64,000 nt of DNA from a virus (Duplodnaviria; Caudoviricetes). Location: IMG/VR virus record IMGVR_UViG_3300042282_000085. One strand, written 5' to 3'. The notes beneath the pieces were generated by a model. It did no database searches and was not told where the DNA came from. It worked only from the letters and a program-made list of their open reading frames with translations. Position 1 is the stretch's first letter, and each line of letters begins with the position of its first letter. Shown here piece after piece: positions 57,479-64,000 of this stretch. A program made the position numbers and the translations under genes.

Positions 57479-58231
57479 TTACCACTTAAACCAGTTGCTA
57501 TCGGCGTTGACGGTCTGTACGGTTTCCCACCCCAATTCCGTCAGGACCCGGCTGATGCCCTCACGACAATCTTCCATACCGACTCCGGCCATATCACGCG
57601 CCTTAACCATCTCGGTTCGAGGAATGAGAATGTCTGTATCAATGGATTCCAAGGTCGGGGTCTGGTACTTATTCGCCAAACTGATGCCCGGTTCATTGAC
57701 GTAGTCCCAGGTCACAATGTTCGTGACATGGAGTTCCCGTCGACCCGGCCCCATGCGCTCATTCGTCAACGAGCGAATCGAGAAGGCGACATTCTCTTCT
57801 GGATTGGTCAGGGATTCGTTCAGTACATTCCCGTAGGGACCAGAAGGCTTTACACGGCCAATACAGAGTACCACTGGGCGCCCCTGTTCATCCTTAGATT
57901 CTTCCAGTCGTACTGAAGCGATATGATGTGACACCCGATCGGCTTTAATGGTCACGACTCGTTGAATGAAATCAGTAAGGGATTGACCCGGTTGAGGGGC
58001 AGGATGTTCAAACTCCCCTCGACATTGTCCGTTGTCCAAACGACGGCGCAGGGTACCGCCTACGTCGAACATCTTTTTAACGCTATCCAGTAGCGGATAA
58101 TACTTACCCGCACTGTTGTACACATTAAATGCGCCCAGGGTATGTTCGAAGTACCCATGGTCGTCACGCTTTAGCTGTCGCTTCTTATCCCCTGCGATAA
58201 TCGCACAGCTGTACTTTACACTATCACCCAT
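57479..58231 (-). CDS. Prohead (head maturation) protease (phiKZ gp175-like)
   Basis: GEFEHP, RVSHHI, GRVKPSGPYG, AFSIRS and TWDYVNEPG motifs of the prohead serine protease. Confidence 0.9.
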   Translation of the reverse strand: MGDSVKYSCAIIAGDKKRQLKRDDHGYFEHTLGAFNVYNSAGKYYPLLDSVKKMFDVGGTLRRRLDNGQCRGEFEHPAPQPGQSLTDFIQRVVTIKADRVSHHIASVRLEESKDEQGRPVVLCIGRVKPSGPYGNVLNESLTNPEENVAFSIRSLTNERMGPGRRELHVTNIVTWDYVNEPGISLANKYQTPTLESIDTDILIPRTEMVKARDMAGVGMEDCREGISRVLTELGWETVQTVNADSNWFKW

Positions 58232-58244
58232 GAGAGTGACTCCT

Positions 58245-58964
58245 TTAACTCAGCAACAGTTCTTCCACTTTCTCTAACCGTTCAGTGGGGTTCACCAGGG
58301 CACTGGTGAGGCCTTCATTCAGGTAAGAGCCCAATAGCTTTGAGGTGGTCGAGGTGGCACCAAAGGCTACGGAGCGCAGTGGAATCATGTCAGGTTTATA
58401 GGTCCCAAGATCTGAGTCCTTTTGAATGATGTTACGGTAATACTTGGTGCGATCGTCCGGATTACGGGCCCGTGCGGCTGCGATCATCTCTAAGATGGCA
58501 CGGTCGGCGTTCAGGTTCATGTTGGCATGGTGCTGGGCAGTATCAAAGAGCGATCCCAAATCCACATAGTCCAAGTACCAGGGCGTTTTACCCTTTGCAA
58601 CAATCTCATCGTAGATGTTGAAGACCAAAGGTGCGGTGCGCACTAAGTCTAATGACGGCATTATTGTATCGCCTACATTAAACTTTAAGATCAAGTAATC
58701 CTCTTCCTCGATCTTAACCACATTGATTTCACTGGGCACTAAGGTCACAATCGCACAGACGTTTGAAACCGCATAGTACCCGTCCACGACCACCGCAAAG
58801 AACCCCACACAGCGAACGGCTGTCTCAATTGACCCTAGCTGACCACTGGCATAGGTACGTGGGATATGGATGGATAGCGCCTGCTTAGCCACAAGGCGCC
58901 CCCCTACCTCATCCAGAGCACTATGGACACGCGCAGCATCTCGTTTTAGTTGCGAGACATTCAT
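58245..58964 (-). CDS. Conserved phiKZ-like protein (gp176-like); start at MNVSQLKRD
   Basis: GKTPWYLDY and STTSKLLGSY motifs; AAGGAG RBS before 58964; synteny. Confidence 0.7.
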   Translation of the reverse strand: MNVSQLKRDAARVHSALDEVGGRLVAKQALSIHIPRTYASGQLGSIETAVRCVGFFAVVVDGYYAVSNVCAIVTLVPSEINVVKIEEEDYLILKFNVGDTIMPSLDLVRTAPLVFNIYDEIVAKGKTPWYLDYVDLGSLFDTAQHHANMNLNADRAILEMIAAARARNPDDRTKYYRNIIQKDSDLGTYKPDMIPLRSVAFGATSTTSKLLGSYLNEGLTSALVNPTERLEKVEELLLS

Positions 58965-58977
58965 AGCGACTCCTTTT

Positions 58978-60456
58978 TTATACGGTGGCCTTCGCCATCT
59001 GCTGGACAATCCAGCGTGCAACCAGACGGGTTGCGGCACAGAGTGCAGCCGCCTTAGGGGTAAGCTGATCGTCATCCGCCATCAAACTGCGCATGGTGGT
59101 TAGAATCAGGTACGCATCGGAGTTCTCACGGCCCAGTCCACAGCACACCGCCTTCAGTACATACATGTCCAGTTGCATGGTGTGGGTGTACTCACCCTTA
59201 TCCAGCATTGACATGGTGCGCTCAATCGCAGCACGGCGGGTCTGTTCATCATCCGCAAAGGTCTCACGAATCAATGCGGTGACCTGACTGCGGACCGTAC
59301 GGTTAATAGCGGCTGTGGCCTTAATGCGACCGGTTGCCATATCGGTGCGACGGCTGCGCATGTAGTACTGCTCAAACTGCTGAGGTGCGTTGTAGAGCGA
59401 CTGGTTTGCACCGGTAGAGGCGTAGTTATTGCGGTTTACATACGCCCAGCCTAGGAAGGCTTCCGGTGTACCGCCCTGCTCTTCCAACCAACGGCGGTAG
59501 GTTACTGCGTTCACCAGGTACCGTGTGGCCTCCGTCGGGTTACGGCCTGCATCGGGTGCCTGTACCAGCAGTACGTTATCGGCGATCATACCGGCAACCG
59601 TTGTCAGCTGAAGGTTCAATACGTACCCGAAGTAATTGATTGCGTAGGCAACCTGATTACGCTCATCCGCAGTCAGTGTACCTTCACCGTTTGAACCCGA
59701 ACGGCCCGACTTCACACCGACCAAGAACAGGTAGGCGAACAGTGCATTGGTGTAGGTAAAGGGACAATCACCATTTACCCGGTTAAAGGACACCATGTCA
59801 GTCAGGCATGTGCCATCCATCAGCTCAGCGGGCATACCCTGAGCTTCAATGTGGGCCGCAACCAGATCGTCAAAGGCACCGGAACCGGTCTTGATCGTTG
59901 CTTCGGCTTCTTCCAATGTCAGGTCTTTGGTTAGCTTCTCTGCCAAACGGTACGTCAAAGGTACGTCATCATTTACCTTTGTACGGTGGCGGGATACCAT
60001 GCTTTCCAGAAAGCCTGTTGTAAAGACATCCGGCAACTCAACCATCTCAATGGCTGGGTCCCCTACCTGACCTTCCAGGGCATCACGGGCAGCCGCTTCT
60101 GCTTTTTCAATGATCTCTGCCACAGCCGGGTTAATGGTGTTGCGGGCAAAGTTCAGGCTGGCCGATACACGATCGGATACATACTTAGCGGTCTCAACCA
60201 TGAAGCCTGTGTGTACCTCAACCCCATTGGCATCTGGGGCTTGACTCTGTGCAATCAAACGGCTTTCCAGTGGCTGCAGCTCGGTAACGTCACCATCAGT
60301 AGAAACCTCTACGTCAGACTCAGTAATAAAGTGCAGGCGAGCGGCATTGTTCATTTCCGCCAAGGGGGTACCCGGAATCGCTGTCAGCGGACAGCCTCGG
60401 TACATCTGACCATCAACCAGAGGACGAACGTGTAATACATCTTTAGTACGCAGCAT
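58978..60456 (-). CDS. Conserved phiKZ-like protein (gp177-like)
   Basis: 492 aa; TPLAEM, NFARNTINP and YRRWLEEQGGTPEAFLG; lies between the gp176-like and gp178-like genes. Confidence 0.65.
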   Translation of the reverse strand: MLRTKDVLHVRPLVDGQMYRGCPLTAIPGTPLAEMNNAARLHFITESDVEVSTDGDVTELQPLESRLIAQSQAPDANGVEVHTGFMVETAKYVSDRVSASLNFARNTINPAVAEIIEKAEAAARDALEGQVGDPAIEMVELPDVFTTGFLESMVSRHRTKVNDDVPLTYRLAEKLTKDLTLEEAEATIKTGSGAFDDLVAAHIEAQGMPAELMDGTCLTDMVSFNRVNGDCPFTYTNALFAYLFLVGVKSGRSGSNGEGTLTADERNQVAYAINYFGYVLNLQLTTVAGMIADNVLLVQAPDAGRNPTEATRYLVNAVTYRRWLEEQGGTPEAFLGWAYVNRNNYASTGANQSLYNAPQQFEQYYMRSRRTDMATGRIKATAAINRTVRSQVTALIRETFADDEQTRRAAIERTMSMLDKGEYTHTMQLDMYVLKAVCCGLGRENSDAYLILTTMRSLMADDDQLTPKAAALCAATRLVARWIVQQMAKATV

Positions 60457-60458
60457 GA

Positions 60459-60674
60459 TTAGGCTCCTTTTTGCAGAGCTGATTTTTCCAACTCATCCGC
60501 CAGCGCTGCGAGCAGGTAAGTATCCACATCCACCTCAGGGACACGCGCAAGCTCATCCCCGATCAGGTTTTCAATTGCACGACTACCCAGGGCCTGCGCA
60601 TTGGCCAAGGTGAGTCGCGTCTCTTCACGCTGCGCCGTTGAAGGCGCTTGCATGGTATCAATAATCTTCATCGA
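60459..60674 (-). CDS. Small hypothetical protein (MKIIDT...)
   Basis: GAGGAG RBS before the internal ATG of ORF 60459-60728; start coordinate approximate. Confidence 0.55.
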   Translation of the reverse strand, partial: SMKIIDTMQAPSTAQREETRLTLANAQALGSRAIENLIGDELARVPEVDVDTYLLAALADELEKSALQKGA

Positions 60675-60775
60675 TGTATCTCCTCGATACGTTTTAGAAT
60701 CCGGATTCTCCAGCGGGAGAAGGAGCAATAGGCCTCAAACGATTCATTCCAGTTATCCCCTACTGCCCCTCTACC

Positions 60776-61883
60776 TTATTTACGATACACGTCCACTACA
60801 TGTCGGTTCAGTGCCCGTAACGCTTTGTTCGTGGTCCCTACAATGGTGCAGCTATAGAGTATGCGGTTTGCTACGCTCTGATACCCAAAGATTGCGTCTA
60901 ACGGCTCACCCGAGGCGGTCTCATTACGTCCCTCCATGACACGACCTACGATGGTTTTCAGCGCGTTATCGAATACCGCTTTATCCCCTACCGCTGCGGT
61001 AATGTCATGGTCCATGTAGAACGTAATGGCCAAGGTATTAGGCGTTAGCTTCTGACCCCCGACAAAGGTAGGCTCGTTTACTTCACCGGTTGCAGCCGGT
61101 AAGCTCCCTTTATAGCTAACCTCTCGCTTACGCTGACGTGTATCCGCCTTCACAATCTCAGCTAAACTCGGATGCATGTCGTCAGGGTTTCCAAAATACA
61201 CCACCTCACGACGCGTCACCTTACCAACAAACCCGGCCTTAGGTGTTTGGTTTGCAAGTTTAGACAGTCCTAGCAGTGCATCGTCCCCTTGACTGAGTGT
61301 GGCTAACTCAGCCTCCTCGATCACACACAGCGGTACGTCTAGGTCAACCTCTTCTCCGACACCCACAATGTTAGAGACAGCCTGATCGAAACGCACCAAT
61401 ACCGTCTTCATTTTACTGATAGGTGTGGACAGACGTTGTGAAAGTGCAGGGGAAATTGCACACCCATCCTCCAAGGTATCCGCATTCTCCATAAAGGCTA
61501 CCTTCGCCATTACCCCACCCTTCATCGAGACTCCGTTTGGATTTAACCGGTCCCGTTGGAAGTAATGTGTATTCCACGTAACCGCGTACCCTTCTGCTAC
61601 ACTATCCCCTTCCTGTAAGTCCGTTACAATATCATGAGGTAGGACAGCACCCGCGGCTTTACCGTGTCGGATACCCAAGGGCAGGGTAACCGTCTCGCCG
61701 TCCTCATATTGAACCGTTATAGAGTCACGACTCACCTTACTGACCTTACCAGGTTTACTGGCAATATACGCAAAGTTATCCCCACAACGATCAGCAATGA
61801 CCTGCTCATACCCGGTGCGCACAGGCGTAAGCGTGGCATCTTTCGCCGATACCATAGACGATTGCTGTACTGATCCCAAGTTT
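60776..61883 (-). CDS. Virion RNA polymerase beta subunit (phiKZ gp178-like), 3' exon
   Basis: Resumes A AAC TTG GGA after the intron-terminal G; contains the beta motifs VRTGYE, TLEDGCAIS, VGDKAVF...KTIV and SVANRI. Confidence 0.9.
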
Positions 61884-63496
61884 CCTTCTGTCCACTACAG
61901 TCGCGACTCTGTAGCCGGTGTGCTCAGACACCCGCCCTGGGCTTTCCCCAGGGAGCAGACTATATCTTCGCCCTTACTCTTAAGGACGGACGCCGTTTGG
62001 AGCCACCACTGACTTGTGGCCCTACACCGAAGCAACTCGGTTAGTCGTTGAACTCATCCCTTAGCCATAGCCTTAGGGACTTCGCTGCGTCGGTTACCCC
62101 ACACGTTAACCTTTTTACCGTATCGAAGTGGTTAGCTTCGCCCCCATGGGGTGTAATATACACCGGTCACTGTTTCCAGCATGGGTTGGTAGTTAACGCT
62201 CAAAGGGCTTTCCCGCAATTAGACGTCGTACCCAGTACCTTCTGTTACTGGGGCGCACTAAAGTTCTTTAAAGTAATATCCGTAATATTCCACATTTGGA
62301 TGCTTAAGCCCACGACGTACATCATTGTAACTGATGCCTAGCTCCCTAACACAGTCACCCATACACGCAAAGTATCTCTGCTTCCCAGTATCCACGGCAG
62401 TCACCAGAAATGGTCGACCTCGCATCCGCTTAGCCCAATCTACGAAGGGGTCGTCTACAGTGCGCCATGGGTTAGGGTCAGACTTTCGTTTAACCAGAGC
62501 GTAGCGGTCACCAAGTTTAAAAACTGGCTGCTTGTCACCTTTGGATAAGTGTGTTGTCATCGTACCAGAAGTCACCTCTAACGCCTCAGCGGCGGCATTC
62601 TGACTCGAGTACTCCACTACTTCACCCGTGCATAGCCATTTTACTAGCACTTCATTGCCATGGTATACCGGATGTTCGCCTCTACTCACTGCAAGCTTAA
62701 CCTCACCGACTTTAGCTTTCCGCCAACTCTCCCTCTCATAAATGCCGAGGTGTGCAGAGACGTCTACCCATCCAACAAATTCACGCTCTCGCCTGAACTG
62801 AAGGCCATCTTTAAATAAAAGCTCTAGTGGCGCAGCTAAGCGTTGCTGGATGGTGAAAACAGAAAGACCTGTTGCAGCGGCAGCGTCAACGACTTTATTG
62901 AACCGCCCCTCTTCACCTGTTCTTAGGTTTCTCCAGAGTACAGCCGTTGTAGGCTTCTTACCTAAGTCGGCAACCTCAACAAGGGTACCGTTGTGGTTCC
63001 AAGGGTTCGTTTTTCTGACACCTCTAGCCATTGTACTGGGGTGAATGCCAATCGCTTTGGACGCTGAGACTCTAGTGGGGTATATCTTTACAGTGCCGTC
63101 GGGGAACGTTACCTTTGTTTCCTGGCCATGGGGAGTTAAACCGGTGTCAATGGCATGTTGTCGGTTCTCAGATCCACTACACCATTCTAAATTTGTGTAG
63201 TGGTTATTTGACTTCACGCCATCAATGTGGTTAACTTGTGTCTTGGTAGTAGGATCAGGATTGTCCACAAATGCCAGCGCGACTAATTTGTGAACTTTAA
63301 TCCCCGAAACTGACTCGTATCCACGTGACGTTACTGGGGTTCTAAACTTTCCCCTAGCCACGTCGTAGACCCTGCCATCCGGATAAATGCGGAAATTTGG
63401 ATATTCTTTTAAGACTTTAAATTCGGTTTCCATTGTCCATGACTCATGTTGTTAATACATACCATACACAGTCATAGTGACAATTTAACCTATCGT
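61884..63496 (-). mobile_element. Group I intron (1613 nt) in the vRNAP beta gene with an HNH gene in the P1 loop
   Basis: Junctions CGCGU|ACG and AAGG|AAAC restore DPKRV-NLGSVQQS. IGS GUGCGC (62253-62258) pairs with exon GCGCGU. Core motifs CUAAUUGCGGGAAAG, UUCAACGACUAA and AAGAUAUAGUCU. Confidence 0.92.
62258..63433 (-). CDS. Intron-encoded HNH homing endonuclease
   Basis: VHKLVALAFV...VNHIDGVKSNNHYTNLEWCS plus NUMOD1-like repeats. Confidence 0.92.
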   Translation of the reverse strand: METEFKVLKEYPNFRIYPDGRVYDVARGKFRTPVTSRGYESVSGIKVHKLVALAFVDNPDPTTKTQVNHIDGVKSNNHYTNLEWCSGSENRQHAIDTGLTPHGQETKVTFPDGTVKIYPTRVSASKAIGIHPSTMARGVRKTNPWNHNGTLVEVADLGKKPTTAVLWRNLRTGEEGRFNKVVDAAAATGLSVFTIQQRLAAPLELLFKDGLQFRREREFVGWVDVSAHLGIYERESWRKAKVGEVKLAVSRGEHPVYHGNEVLVKWLCTGEVVEYSSQNAAAEALEVTSGTMTTHLSKGDKQPVFKLGDRYALVKRKSDPNPWRTVDDPFVDWAKRMRGRPFLVTAVDTGKQRYFACMGDCVRELGISYNDVRRGLKHPNVEYYGYYFKEL

Positions 63497-64000
63497 ACGC
63501 GCTTTGGGTCCATTAGGTCCGAACCTGGACCTAGTAAACCAGTTGTAGAGATCAGACTACTGGTACCATCTTTATCAAAATCAAAGCGATCGGTTGTTCC
63601 CCTTAGTGAGTTAACCTTCGCATTGGGGGTCATGTAGGTACGGATTGCAACCTTCGCACTGTCTGGTGTTGTTTCAGAGATAGTTCCCATGTCGTTCGGA
63701 TGGAAGATACGGGTACGCTTCACCATGGTCTTTGCAGATCGACCACCCTGGCCAGTGTAGGTGACACTCTCCTTTTCCTTTAGGTTATGGATCGGGTTAG
63801 ACTCTTCAACCAACATGGTTGCTGGGTCTTTGAGAATATCGTCCCACACGGCATTCGGACGTAAGGAGACCTGTGCGCTGCCAGGGTGACCGGCAGCGCG
63901 CTGTTCCCGTACCGCTTGTACGAGTTGGTTATATACAAAACCTGAGAAACGCTCATACCCACGAATGCGCATTTGAGAACTGTCCATTTCCTCGGTATGT
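63497..64000 (-). CDS. Virion RNA polymerase beta subunit (gp178-like), upstream exon, partial
   Basis: RIRGYERF, SNPIHNLK, GQGGRS, RIFHPNDMG and DPKRV motifs; the frame is open to the window edge. Confidence 0.9.

Overview
A 64-kb segment of a phiKZ-like, nucleus-forming jumbo phage (probably infecting a gammaproteobacterium), read in the standard genetic code with most genes on the minus strand. Core genes: non-virion RNA polymerase beta-prime subunit (gp55-56.1-like), chimallin-like shell protein, family B DNA polymerase, PhuZ tubulin, nrdA/nrdB, large terminase, tail sheath and tube, SbcC-like ATPase, prohead protease and virion RNA polymerase beta subunit (gp178-like). The window also has two tRNA-Leu genes, five CCTATATTAC-type early promoters and many intrinsic terminators. 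Three features stand out. (1) A complete diversity-generating retroelement (target with Mtd-like N-terminus and lectin-like C-terminus, then avd, TR and RT). Its 125-bp TR and VR differ at 13 positions, all adenines of the TR, and it sits in a chimallin-encoding phage. (2) Four group I introns. Two lie back to back in the nvRNAP beta-prime gene and isolate a 12-nt micro-exon encoding FDGD of the catalytic NADFDGD motif. (3) One group I intron with an HNH gene splits the GGSGS signature of the PhuZ tubulin. All family assignments come from motif recognition and gene order, not from database searches.
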